30,740 bases of DNA from Gemmatimonadaceae bacterium (GTDB taxonomy: Bacteria > Gemmatimonadota > Gemmatimonadetes > Gemmatimonadales > Gemmatimonadaceae): positions 1 through 30,740 of the forward strand of contig JBKJKB010000390.1 of NCBI GenBank assembly GCA_046597675.1, written 5' to 3'. Under the pieces are notes generated by a model that was given only the letters and a program-made list of their open reading frames with translations, was not told the origin of the DNA and did not search any database. Below are positions 17,600 to 26,050 of this stretch, piece by piece. Each line of letters opens with the position of its first letter. Positions within the stretch are counted from its first letter, which is position 1. The position numbers and the translations under genes were made by a program.

Positions 17600-18559
17600 A
17601 TGCTTCGCGGCGCACTGCTCTACCTCTCCGAACAACAGCAGATCTTCAACTTCGTGCGCAACAACCGGCTCGCGCGCGGTTTCGCGAACAGGTTCGTGGC
17701 GGGCGAGACGCTTGACACCGCCATGAGCGCCGTGCGCGCCCTGAACGCACGCGGGATCACGGCTTCGCTCGACGTGCTGGGCGAGAGCGTGCACAACGAA
17801 GCCGAAGCGCGCGCAACGGCGCGGCAGTACGTCGAGATGCTGGATCGCATCGCCAGCGGCGGCATGGACGCCAACGTGTCGCTCAAGCTCACGGCGATGG
17901 GAATGGATGTGTCCGAGGACCTGTGTCTCCGGCTCATGGACGAAGTGCTCGCGCGCGCGCGGGACCACGGCACGTTCGTGCGGATCGACATGGAGAGCAG
18001 CGCGTACACGCAGCGCACGCTCGATTTGTTCGAGCACCGGCTGTATCCGGCATTCCGCGATCACGTCGGCATCGTGCTGCAGAGCTATCTCTACCGTACC
18101 ATGGCCGACGTCGAGGACGCGATCCGACTGCGCGCGCGCGTGCGCCTGTGCAAGGGCGCATACAAGGAGCCGGACACCATCGCGTTCCCCGACAAGAAGG
18201 ACGTGGACGACAGCTACGTCCGCGCGATGCAACTGCTGCTCGCACGGGGCAACTATCCCGGAATCGCGACGCACGACGAGGCGATCATCGACGAAGTGAA
18301 GCGGTTCGCGCTGGAGCAGGGGATCGCGACCGACCGCTTCGAGTTTCAGATGCTGTATGGAGTCCGGCGCGATCTGCAGGATCAGCTGGTCGAAGAAGGG
18401 TATCGGATGCGCGTGTACGTGCCGTTCGGCACACAGTGGTATCCCTATCTGATGCGGCGGCTCGCGGAGCGTCCGGCGAACGTGGCGTTCCTGACCGGCA
18501 GCATGATGCGCGAGATGCTCGGCGGAATCCCCCGTCGCCGCCGAAAGCTTCGGCGCTGA
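17600..18559 (+). CDS. Monofunctional proline dehydrogenase (PutB/PRODH)
   Basis: RFVAGE, LDVLGE, SLKLT, RIDME, RLCKGAYKE, IATHD, EFQMLYG, RVYVPFG, YLMRRLAERPAN. Confidence 0.95.
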   Translation: MLRGALLYLSEQQQIFNFVRNNRLARGFANRFVAGETLDTAMSAVRALNARGITASLDVLGESVHNEAEARATARQYVEMLDRIASGGMDANVSLKLTAMGMDVSEDLCLRLMDEVLARARDHGTFVRIDMESSAYTQRTLDLFEHRLYPAFRDHVGIVLQSYLYRTMADVEDAIRLRARVRLCKGAYKEPDTIAFPDKKDVDDSYVRAMQLLLARGNYPGIATHDEAIIDEVKRFALEQGIATDRFEFQMLYGVRRDLQDQLVEEGYRMRVYVPFGTQWYPYLMRRLAERPANVAFLTGSMMREMLGGIPRRRRKLRR

Positions 18560-18562
18560 CCG

Positions 18563-18946
18563 TTGGGACAGTTCCTACCAGGCGATCTCTCGAAGGGCGA
18601 TCCGAACACCCTCGGCGGCTATGTGGCGGTGCACGCGCGGCCCGCGGCGTTCGAGGGCGCGGATGGAGTGTCTTACAGCGCCGAGATCGTGATCGATGCC
18701 GCACCTGACTCCGGCGAGGGAGTGGTATCCGGTTACCTCCTGTTCGTTCGCTGGCGCGCGGGGGACCCCGTCGCGGCCGGGCATGTGGAGACCGAGTATC
18801 TCGCGAGCGGTGCCGAATCGGACGTGTTGCGCAAGATCGGCGCGCTCACGCTGCAGCGTGTCCGCGCTTTGCTGGACTCTCAGCTCGAGAAGGAGACGGC
18901 CGGACGGCCGTGGTGGGAAGCGATGCGGGACGAGATCGGCACGTGA
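18563..18946 (+). CDS. Hypothetical protein (127 aa)
   Basis: Protein-like ORF tightly packed between PRODH and rsgA, with a GTGA overlap into rsgA. TTG start is uncertain. Confidence 0.72.
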   Translation: MGQFLPGDLSKGDPNTLGGYVAVHARPAAFEGADGVSYSAEIVIDAAPDSGEGVVSGYLLFVRWRAGDPVAAGHVETEYLASGAESDVLRKIGALTLQRVRALLDSQLEKETAGRPWWEAMRDEIGT

Positions 18947-19866
18947 CGGAACCGCTTGTCGGAGACGTGCTCAGCGGCACGGGTGGCATCTGGCACGTCA
19001 GGACGAGCGACGGTGAAGTGCGGGAGGCCTCTCTGCGCGGGCGGCTGAAGAAGACGACCGTGATGAAGATCGCGGTTGGCGACGAGGTCGAGGTCGAGCA
19101 GGATCTTCCGAGCGGGGCGTGGGCGATCTCCGCGATTCATCCGAGAAGATCCAAGCTGGCGCGGCGCGAGCCGAGCTCGGGTTACGGCGAGCGCGTGGTC
19201 GCGGCGAACGTGGATCAGGTCGTGGTGGTGTTCGCGGCGGCGAAGCCGGAGCCGCACACGCGAATGCTCGACAGGTTTCTGGTGATCGCGGAGGCGAACG
19301 AGCTCGTGTCGCGCGTTGTCGTCAACAAGGTGGATCTCGTGCCGGGGGCCGACGCAGCGAACACGTTCACCGATTACGGGAGAGCGGGTTACGCCGTGCA
19401 CTACACCAGCACGAAGACCCGCGCGGGGCTGGACGGGCTGCACGATTCTCTCGCGGGCCTGACGTCAATCTTCAGCGGCCCGTCCGGGGTGGGGAAGTCG
19501 TCGCTGTTGAACGCGATGTTTCCCGGACTGAATCTCCGGATCGGCGAGATAAGCGAGTCGGTGAACAAGGGGCGGCACACGACGGTCGGCGCGGTAATGC
19601 ACCCTTTGCCCGACGGTGGTTACGTGGTGGACTCGCCGGGTTTGCGCGAGGTCGGCATGTGGCATCTCGCCGCCGGCGAGCTGGACAGGTGCTTCCCTGA
19701 ATTTCGTCCGCATCTGGGCGAGTGCAGGTTCGGCGATTGCTCGCATCTGGTGGAGCCCGGCTGCGCGGTGCGCGATGCGGTCGAGGCGGGCGAGATCAGC
19801 TCGGCGAGGTACGACAGTTATTCGCGGTTGCGTGGAGAGCTGGCAGAACAAAAGAGTGACTGGTGA
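18943..19866 (+). CDS. rsgA: Ribosome small subunit-dependent GTPase A
   Basis: AANVDQV, NKVDL, GPSGVGKSSLLN, KGRHTT, DSPG, CRFGDCSHLVEPGC zinc finger. GTG start at 18943. Confidence 0.95.
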   Translation: MTEPLVGDVLSGTGGIWHVRTSDGEVREASLRGRLKKTTVMKIAVGDEVEVEQDLPSGAWAISAIHPRRSKLARREPSSGYGERVVAANVDQVVVVFAAAKPEPHTRMLDRFLVIAEANELVSRVVVNKVDLVPGADAANTFTDYGRAGYAVHYTSTKTRAGLDGLHDSLAGLTSIFSGPSGVGKSSLLNAMFPGLNLRIGEISESVNKGRHTTVGAVMHPLPDGGYVVDSPGLREVGMWHLAAGELDRCFPEFRPHLGECRFGDCSHLVEPGCAVRDAVEAGEISSARYDSYSRLRGELAEQKSDW

Positions 19867-19895
19867 CTGGCCAGGTGACTAGTCACTAGTCACCA
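19856..19895. repeat. Heptamer direct-plus-inverted array (GTGACTG/GTGACTA) between convergent rsgA and the OsmC-family gene; possible hairpin
   Basis: gtgactg-gtgactg-gccag-gtgacta-gtcacta-gtcacca. Contains the palindrome GTGACTAGTCAC (19875-19886). 19856-19868 can pair with 19881-19893 (13 bp, one G-U). Confidence 0.88.
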
Positions 19896-20352
19896 GCTCC
19901 AGCGTCCACTCCACCGGCACGTCGGGCCTGAGCGAGTCCCGCACCGAACAGTACTTGTTCACAGAAAGCTCGATGGCGCGCTCGGCGTTCTCGCGGTCGA
20001 TGCCGGCGCCAGCGATTTGAAAGTGGAGGGTCACGTGCTTGAGCCGCTTGGGAGTCGTGGTGACGCGCTCGCCGACCACCTCGATGCGCATCGAGCTGGC
20101 GGGAGTCCGGCGCTTGGCCAGGATCTCGGCGACGTCTATTCCTGCGCACGCGGCGATCGATCCCAGCAGTCCGTCAACAGGACTGGGTCCGGTCGTTCCT
20201 TTCCCGTCGAGCCGGATCGTCTCCCGGCCCGGACGGCCGGCATCGAAGCGCTGCTCGCCGTCCCAGGTCACGGTAACGGTGGCGGGCGCCTGGGTGGTGT
20301 TCGTCGCGGCGGGTGGCGCGGAGTTGCCGTCGCTCTGGGGTTCTGTGGGCAT
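19879..20352 (-). CDS. OsmC/Ohr family protein (YhfA-like)
   Basis: GPSPVDGLLGSIAACAGIDV and AIELSVNKYCSV (two conserved Cys). Start ATG at 20352 preferred over GTG at 20400. Confidence 0.9.
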   Translation of the reverse strand: MPTEPQSDGNSAPPAATNTTQAPATVTVTWDGEQRFDAGRPGRETIRLDGKGTTGPSPVDGLLGSIAACAGIDVAEILAKRRTPASSMRIEVVGERVTTTPKRLKHVTLHFQIAGAGIDRENAERAIELSVNKYCSVRDSLRPDVPVEWTLELVTSD

Positions 20353-20375
20353 GAGAGATTCCGGTGGAAAAAAGC

Positions 20376-20491
20376 CAGCAGCTAGCTGCTGACAGCTCAC
20401 CTACAAACTACACAGTGCAAGCTGTGGCAAGCCCGCAGCGGTCGGCAGCTAACAAGCCAGCTGCTAGCTGCTAGCTGCTAGCTGCTAGCTA
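20376..20491. repeat. Heptamer array (CTAGCTG x4-5) plus the 16-bp palindrome CAGCAGCTAGCTGCTG in a divergent intergenic region
   Basis: ccagctg-ctagctg-ctagctg-ctagctg-ctagcta at 20457-20491; perfect palindrome at 20376-20391; degenerate 7-mers between them (ctacaaa-ctacaca). Confidence 0.9.
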
Positions 20492-20495
20492 TCTT
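20490..20495 (+). promoter_or_regulatory. Putative -10 box of a leaderless promoter for the ferredoxin
   Basis: TATCTT-gtcccg-ATG; begins inside the last heptamer unit. Confidence 0.6.
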
Positions 20496-20501
20496 GTCCC
20501 G

Positions 20502-20843
20502 ATGGAGCCGCCCACGCCGCCTGCCATGGAGCCCTACTCTCGCCACGTGCTCATCTGTACCGGCGAATTTTGTTCTCCGGACCGGCGCGGGCGCATGCTG
20601 TACGCCCGCCTCTCGCAGCTGCTACAGCGCGAAGGGCTGCTGTTCGGACCGACCCGCGTGAAGCGCGGCGAAACCCCCTGCCTCGGCGTTTGCGCCGGCG
20701 GCCCGATCGTGGTCGTGTATCCGGACGGCGTCTGGTACGCCGGGGTGACCGAGGAACTGCTGGAGCGAATCGTCGTCGAACACCTGAAGAAGGGGCGCGT
20801 CGTAGAGGAAGCGGTCTTCCATCGGCTAGCTTTCGACTCCTAA
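20502..20843 (+). CDS. Thioredoxin-like [2Fe-2S] ferredoxin
   Basis: HVLICTGEFC...CLGVCAGGPIVVVYPDGVWY...IVVEHL; four Cys ligands. Confidence 0.93.
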   Translation: MEPPTPPAMEPYSRHVLICTGEFCSPDRRGRMLYARLSQLLQREGLLFGPTRVKRGETPCLGVCAGGPIVVVYPDGVWYAGVTEELLERIVVEHLKKGRVVEEAVFHRLAFDS

Positions 20844-20854
20844 CCGGAGCCCAA

Positions 20855-21196
20855 TTGCCGCAACCGCTTAATCCACGCCGCCTCGTTCTCAGCGCGGCCC
20901 GGAAATACATCTTCGACAACAAGGACCCGGAGCGGTTCCTCGAGGACGCGGTCTCCGGTCCGCATGGCCCGGAAGTTCCAAGACTCACTCCCAACGCAAT
21001 CGAGAAGACCCGCATGCCGCGAAGCCGAGACAGGATCCTGACGAATCTGGAAGAGATGTATCGCGAGGCGTTCGATAGGGCGCGCGCGTCCGGCGACGAT
21101 TCGCAGATGGCCACGCTGGATTTCGCTTACCGGCGCGAGCAGCTGTACTTCGAGGTACTGCTCGACGTGCGCGACGCACTCGAGACGAGGCGATAG
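20855..21196 (+). CDS. Small helical hypothetical protein (113 aa from TTG 20855, or 60 aa from ATG 21014)
   Basis: Open frame filling the ferredoxin-TerC gap. GGAG lies just upstream of TTG 20855. The C-terminal part (RSRDRILTNLEEMYREAF...QLYFEVLLDVRD) is amphipathic-helix-like. Confidence 0.65.
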   Translation: MPQPLNPRRLVLSAARKYIFDNKDPERFLEDAVSGPHGPEVPRLTPNAIEKTRMPRSRDRILTNLEEMYREAFDRARASGDDSQMATLDFAYRREQLYFEVLLDVRDALETRR

Positions 21197-21227
21197 CCCT
21201 GAGCCTGGTCCTGCAGGGGAATCAGCG

Positions 21228-22232
21228 TTGACGAGCGTATGGGGGTGGATCGGCTTCAATGCCGTGGTCCTGACGCTTATCGGGGTGGACCTGCTGGTAT
21301 TCCACCGCCGCGCGCGGCAGGCGTCCCTCAAGGAAGCCGCGATATGGAGCGCGGTGTGGGTCGGGCTGTCGCTCACGTTCTCGCTGTTCGTGTTCCGCTT
21401 CATGGGCACGAATTCCGGACTGGAGTTCTTGACCGGGTACCTGATCGAGTACGCGCTGTCGGTGGACAACATCTTCGTGTTCGTCCTGATCTTCGGCTAC
21501 TTCAGGATCCCGATGGAGTACCAGCACCGCGTGCTGTTCTGGGGGATCATGGGCGCGCTGATTCTGCGCGGCGCGATGATCGGAGCCGGCGCGGTGCTGG
21601 TGTCCCGGTTCGAGTGGATTCTCTACCTGTTCGGCGCGTTTCTGGTATTCACCGGCGTGCGAATGGCGCTGCAGAAGTCAGAAGATCAGTACGATCCGGA
21701 AAAGAATCCGATACTCCGGCTGGTGCGCAAGGTGATTCCGGTGACGCCCGAGTATCACGGCCAGCAGTTCTTCGTTCGCGCGCCGGACGAGACAGGCGCC
21801 ATCCGACTCATGGCGACGCCGCTGTTCATCGTGCTGATTCTCGTCGAGACAACCGACGTGATCTTCGCGACCGATTCCATCCCTGCAATCTTCGCGATCA
21901 CACGGGATCCCTTCATCGTGTACACGTCCAACGTGTGCGCAGTGCTGGGCCTCCGCGCGCTGTATTTCCTGCTCGCCGGCATCGTAGACAAGTTTCACTA
22001 CCTCAAGGTCGGCCTGTCGATCGTGTTGATCTTCATCGGCCTCAAGATGCTGGGCGAGAGCTTCGTTCACATACCGATCGGCGTGTCGCTGGGCGTGGTC
22101 GCGGTCATCCTCATCGCGTCGGTGGTCGCTTCCTTACGCTGGCCGCGGCACGATCTGCCTTCGATTCCCCCGCTGGCGACGCTCGGGCAGCACCATCACG
22201 ACGAGCCACCGGAGCCGCGGAAGGACGACTAG
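21228..22232 (+). CDS. TerC/Alx family integral membrane metal-homeostasis protein
   Basis: FLTGYLIEYALSVDNIFVF, QHRVLFWGI, ETTDVIFATDSIPAIFAIT, FIVYTSN, GLRALYF, KFHYLK. Confidence 0.95.
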   Translation: MTSVWGWIGFNAVVLTLIGVDLLVFHRRARQASLKEAAIWSAVWVGLSLTFSLFVFRFMGTNSGLEFLTGYLIEYALSVDNIFVFVLIFGYFRIPMEYQHRVLFWGIMGALILRGAMIGAGAVLVSRFEWILYLFGAFLVFTGVRMALQKSEDQYDPEKNPILRLVRKVIPVTPEYHGQQFFVRAPDETGAIRLMATPLFIVLILVETTDVIFATDSIPAIFAITRDPFIVYTSNVCAVLGLRALYFLLAGIVDKFHYLKVGLSIVLIFIGLKMLGESFVHIPIGVSLGVVAVILIASVVASLRWPRHDLPSIPPLATLGQHHHDEPPEPRKDD

Positions 22233-22361
22233 CGCGTCCGCTCTGTCGGGCAGCTCACAATACGGCGTGTGACGGGCAGTTGACTCTGGCGGTTATCCAT
22301 GTGCCCACGATATTCGTGCGACACGGTGTCGGCGGATCTGATCACTAACAGTGAGGCAGCT

Positions 22362-23222
22362 GTGCGAAGACTCGATGTGTTGCAGCGACTGGCCGTGGTA
22401 TTGTGCGTGGGCGTCGTCCTTGCGGCCCGACCGTCAGCCGCGCAGGACATGGCGGGACTCACGTTCGACGTGAGGGTGACGACCGGGGATTCCGTGGCGG
22501 GCACGCATCAAACCGGTCGCGGGTGGATCGCGGGGAAGCGGACGCGACTCGATCTGCGCGGGGGCGGCATGCTCACCCGGGGAATGCCCGGCATGGCGGG
22601 CGAGAACGTCTCAATAATCATACATGACTCCAGCGATGCTCCGGTGGTCGCGCTCGTGATGCACGACACGAAGACGTTCATGTATCCGAGCAGAATGATG
22701 GAGGAGCTCAAGGAGATGATGGCTTCGTTGACGGAGCAGCCGCGGATGACGTTTTCCGTCACCAACATCGTCGTCGACTCGCTGGGTGCCGGGGAAACGG
22801 TCTCGGGTTTCGCCACGAAGCGCTACAGGGTCAGCGCCGACATCTTGATGGCGATCGAAGTGATGGGCGAAAACATGAATCAGTCCATGCACGTCGAGTC
22901 CGAAGGGGACTATGCCGAAGAGCTGAGCGATTACTCGGACCCACTCCGCGACACGCGTGGCTTCAAGTCGCTCACGGCGGGAATGCCCTGGGCGGATTCG
23001 TCTGCTACAGCGGAAATGGAGAAGCTCGTGCTGGCCGCGCCACGCGGCCTCGCGCTCCGTCAGGTCGACCGCGTGACCGGGGTCACCGAGGGTGGGGTGC
23101 CTACCGAGACCACGACCACCACGCTTTCCAATGTCAAACGTGAAACCTTGCCGCTCACGATATTCGTGATCCCGGAAGGGTACACGGAGATGGAGATGCC
23201 ACAGATGCCCGCGTTGAACTAG
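22362..23222 (+). CDS. Secreted Met-rich hypothetical protein (DUF4412-like, tentative)
   Basis: GTG start after GAGG. Signal peptide ending PSAA/QD. GETVSGFATKRY and LTIFVIPEGYTE resemble DUF4412/LolA-like folds. Confidence 0.75.
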   Translation: MRRLDVLQRLAVVLCVGVVLAARPSAAQDMAGLTFDVRVTTGDSVAGTHQTGRGWIAGKRTRLDLRGGGMLTRGMPGMAGENVSIIIHDSSDAPVVALVMHDTKTFMYPSRMMEELKEMMASLTEQPRMTFSVTNIVVDSLGAGETVSGFATKRYRVSADILMAIEVMGENMNQSMHVESEGDYAEELSDYSDPLRDTRGFKSLTAGMPWADSSATAEMEKLVLAAPRGLALRQVDRVTGVTEGGVPTETTTTTLSNVKRETLPLTIFVIPEGYTEMEMPQMPALN

Positions 23223-23249
23223 CCGGCTCGCATTCTCCAGCCATAAAGA

Positions 23250-23282
23250 AAACGCCGCGGAGCCAGAAGCTCCGCGGCGTTT
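23250..23282. terminator. Bidirectional intrinsic terminator
   Basis: Perfect 14-bp stem aaacgccgcggagc / gctccgcggcgttt with a 5-nt loop (cagaa), A-rich left flank and T-rich right flank, between convergent genes. Confidence 0.88.
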
Positions 23283-23301
23283 CTCATTACTGGACCACCG
23301 G

Positions 23302-23733
23302 CTACATGCGCGGTGCCGTATGTCCCTCTCCCTCGCGGTACAGCCACGCGCCGGCGAGAGTCGCGACGAAGACCTGTACCAGGCCCCACGCGGCCATCTT
23401 CATGTAGTCCCCCGGCGTGAACAGCGCCATCATGTGGAAGCCGAAATAGATCAACGCGAACAAGAACCACATGAAGGCGGCCGCTATCGCAGCCGTCTTC
23501 GCTCCCGGTCCGAACCTCGGCCGGATCGCGGCGTACAGCCAGACGGCCATTATTCCGAGAAGCACGTCGATCACGACGAACACCACCATGTTCGGCTCTT
23601 GCAGCGAGTGCGCGGCAAGCCAGGCATCCATGTCCATGCCGAGTATCATCAAGCCGAGCCAGTCGAGCACGAAAAACAGAACGCCCGCGACGACACCGCC
23701 GATCAAAACCCTGCTATAATTGATGTTGCTCAC
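23302..23733 (-). CDS. Hypothetical membrane protein, about 4 TM helices (143 aa)
   Basis: GGAGG Shine-Dalgarno before the GTG start; hydrophobic segments; YAAIRPRFGPGAKTA loop. Confidence 0.85.
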   Translation of the reverse strand: MSNINYSRVLIGGVVAGVLFFVLDWLGLMILGMDMDAWLAAHSLQEPNMVVFVVIDVLLGIMAVWLYAAIRPRFGPGAKTAAIAAAFMWFLFALIYFGFHMMALFTPGDYMKMAAWGLVQVFVATLAGAWLYREGEGHTAPRM

Positions 23734-23832
23734 CGAGACCCTCCAATAAAGGTTGGGTGTTTCGGCAACAACATCTCACCCGGACAGGCGGTCAGGTCAA
23801 GAGAAAACGCGTGTGTAGAGTCGAGCGACCGC

Positions 23833-25965
23833 CTAGTAGCCGGCGATTTCCTCGTACGCGCGCTTGAAGTCCGCGACCTGCGGGAGGATCGCGTCCTCGA
23901 GCTGGGGCGCATACCCGACGAACGTATCCGTCGACGCGACGCGCCTGACCGGCGCGTCCAGCCACGCAAAGCACTCGTCGGCGATTGCGGCAGATATCTC
24001 GGCGCCGTACCCCCAGGACAGCGAATCCTCGTAGGCGACGATCACCCGGGAGGTCTTCTTCGCCGACGCGAACACCGCCTCGCGGTCCCACGGGCTGAGC
24101 GAGCGCAGGTCGATCACTTCGACTGAAATCCCGTCGTCAGCGACCGCGTTTGCTGCAGTCAGTGCCCGCTGCACCGTCGCGCCGTATGTCACCACCGTGA
24201 CGTCGGTGCCTTCCCGAACGATTCGAGCCTTGCCGAACGGGATCATGAAGTTCGGACCGGGATACGCGCTCTTGTTGTACGTCTGCCGGTACAGGTGCTT
24301 GTGCTCGAGGAAGATCACGGGATCGTCGCACCGGATCGCTGTTCTGAGCAATCCGTTTGCGTCGAGCGCGGTGGACGGGCACATCACCCGCAATCCGGGG
24401 CAGTGCGTGAACAGCGACGCGCCGGTCTGCGAGTGGTAGATGGCGCCGCGGATGTAGCCGCCGTACGTGACCCGCACGACGACCGGCGCGGAGAAGTTGT
24501 TGTTGGACCGCCAGCGCATCGTGGCCAGCTCGTTCCGGAGCTGCATGTACGCCGGCCAGATGTAGTCGAAGAACTGGATCTCGACGACGGGCTTGAAGCC
24601 GCGTGTCGCGAGCCCGATCGCGCGGCCGACGATGTTCGCTTCGGCCAGCGGCGAGTTGTACACGCGGTGTCCGCCGAACTCCTTCTGTAGTCCCCACGTC
24701 ACCTTGAAGACGCCGCCCTTGCCCTTGACCTTGCCGGCGTTCTCCTCGCGCGACACGTCGGCGACGTCCTGCCCGAACAAAAGAATTCGCTCGTCGCGGC
24801 GCATCTCGTCCTTCATGCACGCGTTGAGCAGGTCCACCATCGTGGTCGGGTCGCCGCTGAACTGCGGGTCGTCCTCCGTGTCGAACTGCTCGGTCGTCGG
24901 ATCGACGGACGGCGAGTACACGCCGAAGTGCACGGTATCTTCCGTGGGCTGCGGCTGCGCCAGCGCGTCGTCGGTCGCCGCGAGGATGAGCGTGTCGACT
25001 TCTTCCTGGATCTTCGAGAGGTCGGCTTCCGTGGCGTGCCCCTGCTCCAGCAGCCACTTCGGGAACATCGTAACGGGATCACGCGCGGCGTCCGACTCGC
25101 GCTCGCCGGCCGGCCGGTACATCGTCTCGTCGTCGGACAGCGAGTGGGAGTACGGGCGGATGACCTTCGCGTGCACCAGCGCCGGTCCTTTTCGCTTGCG
25201 GACGTGCTCTATGGCCTTGGACAGCGTCTCGTAGCTCGCGAGGAAATCGCAGCCATCGCACTCTTCCACGAGCAGGTCCGGGAAAGAGCGCACCAGTTTG
25301 GAGATGCTTCCGCCGGCGGTGTTCACCTCCACCGGTACCGAGATCGCGTAGCCGTTGTCCTCCACCAGATAGAGAACCGGCAGCTTGAGATTGCACGCCG
25401 TGTTGAGGGATTCCCAGAACTCGCCCTCGCTCGTCGTGCCTTCACCCGTCGAGACGTACACGACTTCGTCTTTCTCGAAGCCCTCGGTGATGCCGATGAG
25501 CCGTGCCCGCAGCGTCGCTTCCGCGCATCCGACCGACTGCAGGAATTGCGTCCCGGTGGGCGACGACGAGGACACGATGTTGTAGTCCTTGTGCCCCCAG
25601 TGGCTCGGCATCTGCCGGCCGCCCGACGCGGGATCGGCCGCCGCGCCGACAGCCTCGTACAGCATCTCCGCGGGCGTGACTCCCAGATGCAGGCAGAGCG
25701 CGCGGTCGCGGTAGTAGGTGTAGAACCAGTCGTAGGCCGGCTTGAGCAGCATGCCCGCGGCGGTGAGGATTGCCTCGTGCCCGGCGCCCGATATCTGGAA
25801 GAAGATCTTGTTCTGGCGTTTTAGCTGGACTTCCTTGTCGTCGATTTTGCGCGACAGTAGCATGTTCCGGTACGCCGCGACGAGCTGGTCGCGGCTCAGC
25901 TCGCGACCCGACGTGGAGTGGGAAGCGGGTGAGGCCTTACGCTCGGGGATAGCTCGGGTAGCCAT
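23833..25965 (-). CDS. TPP-dependent 2-oxoacid dehydrogenase E1, fused alpha/beta subunits (substrate not determinable)
   Basis: [30 protein letters not shown]...EDN (TPP motif), [47 protein letters not shown]. Confidence 0.93.
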   Translation of the reverse strand: MATRAIPERKASPASHSTSGRELSRDQLVAAYRNMLLSRKIDDKEVQLKRQNKIFFQISGAGHEAILTAAGMLLKPAYDWFYTYYRDRALCLHLGVTPAEMLYEAVGAAADPASGGRQMPSHWGHKDYNIVSSSSPTGTQFLQSVGCAEATLRARLIGITEGFEKDEVVYVSTGEGTTSEGEFWESLNTACNLKLPVLYLVEDNGYAISVPVEVNTAGGSISKLVRSFPDLLVEECDGCDFLASYETLSKAIEHVRKRKGPALVHAKVIRPYSHSLSDDETMYRPAGERESDAARDPVTMFPKWLLEQGHATEADLSKIQEEVDTLILAATDDALAQPQPTEDTVHFGVYSPSVDPTTEQFDTEDDPQFSGDPTTMVDLLNACMKDEMRRDERILLFGQDVADVSREENAGKVKGKGGVFKVTWGLQKEFGGHRVYNSPLAEANIVGRAIGLATRGFKPVVEIQFFDYIWPAYMQLRNELATMRWRSNNNFSAPVVVRVTYGGYIRGAIYHSQTGASLFTHCPGLRVMCPSTALDANGLLRTAIRCDDPVIFLEHKHLYRQTYNKSAYPGPNFMIPFGKARIVREGTDVTVVTYGATVQRALTAANAVADDGISVEVIDLRSLSPWDREAVFASAKKTSRVIVAYEDSLSWGYGAEISAAIADECFAWLDAPVRRVASTDTFVGYAPQLEDAILPQVADFKRAYEEIAGY

Positions 25966-25971
25966 TTCTGG

Positions 25972-25977
25972 AAAATA
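25972..25977 (-). promoter_or_regulatory. Putative -10 box of a leaderless promoter for the E1 dehydrogenase
   Basis: TATTTT-ccagaa-ATG; no Shine-Dalgarno. Confidence 0.62.
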
Positions 25978-26050
25978 GTGGTTGGAGGCGGGAAGGGGCT
26001 ATGCGCGATGGCCGGGAATATGCTGCTAACGGTTTTCCGGGGGGAAGCCA

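Noticed and set aside
13647-20491. CRISPR interpretation of the repeat arrays
   Set aside because: Units are 7 bp with no unique spacers and there are no cas genes.
21197-21227. yybP-ykoY (Mn) riboswitch expected upstream of a TerC/Alx gene
   Set aside because: Only 31 bp separate the genes and I see no matching consensus; just a weak ccctg/caggg stem.
23734-23832. Possible structured RNA or promoter (TTGACC; gggtg...caccc stem on the minus strand) before the 4-TM gene
   Set aside because: No properly spaced -10, only a 5-bp stem and no recognisable RNA family.
23833-25965. Fused E1 alpha/beta as a novelty
   Set aside because: Fused E1 subunits are already known in several bacterial phyla; the absence of E2/E3 in the window is unremarkable.
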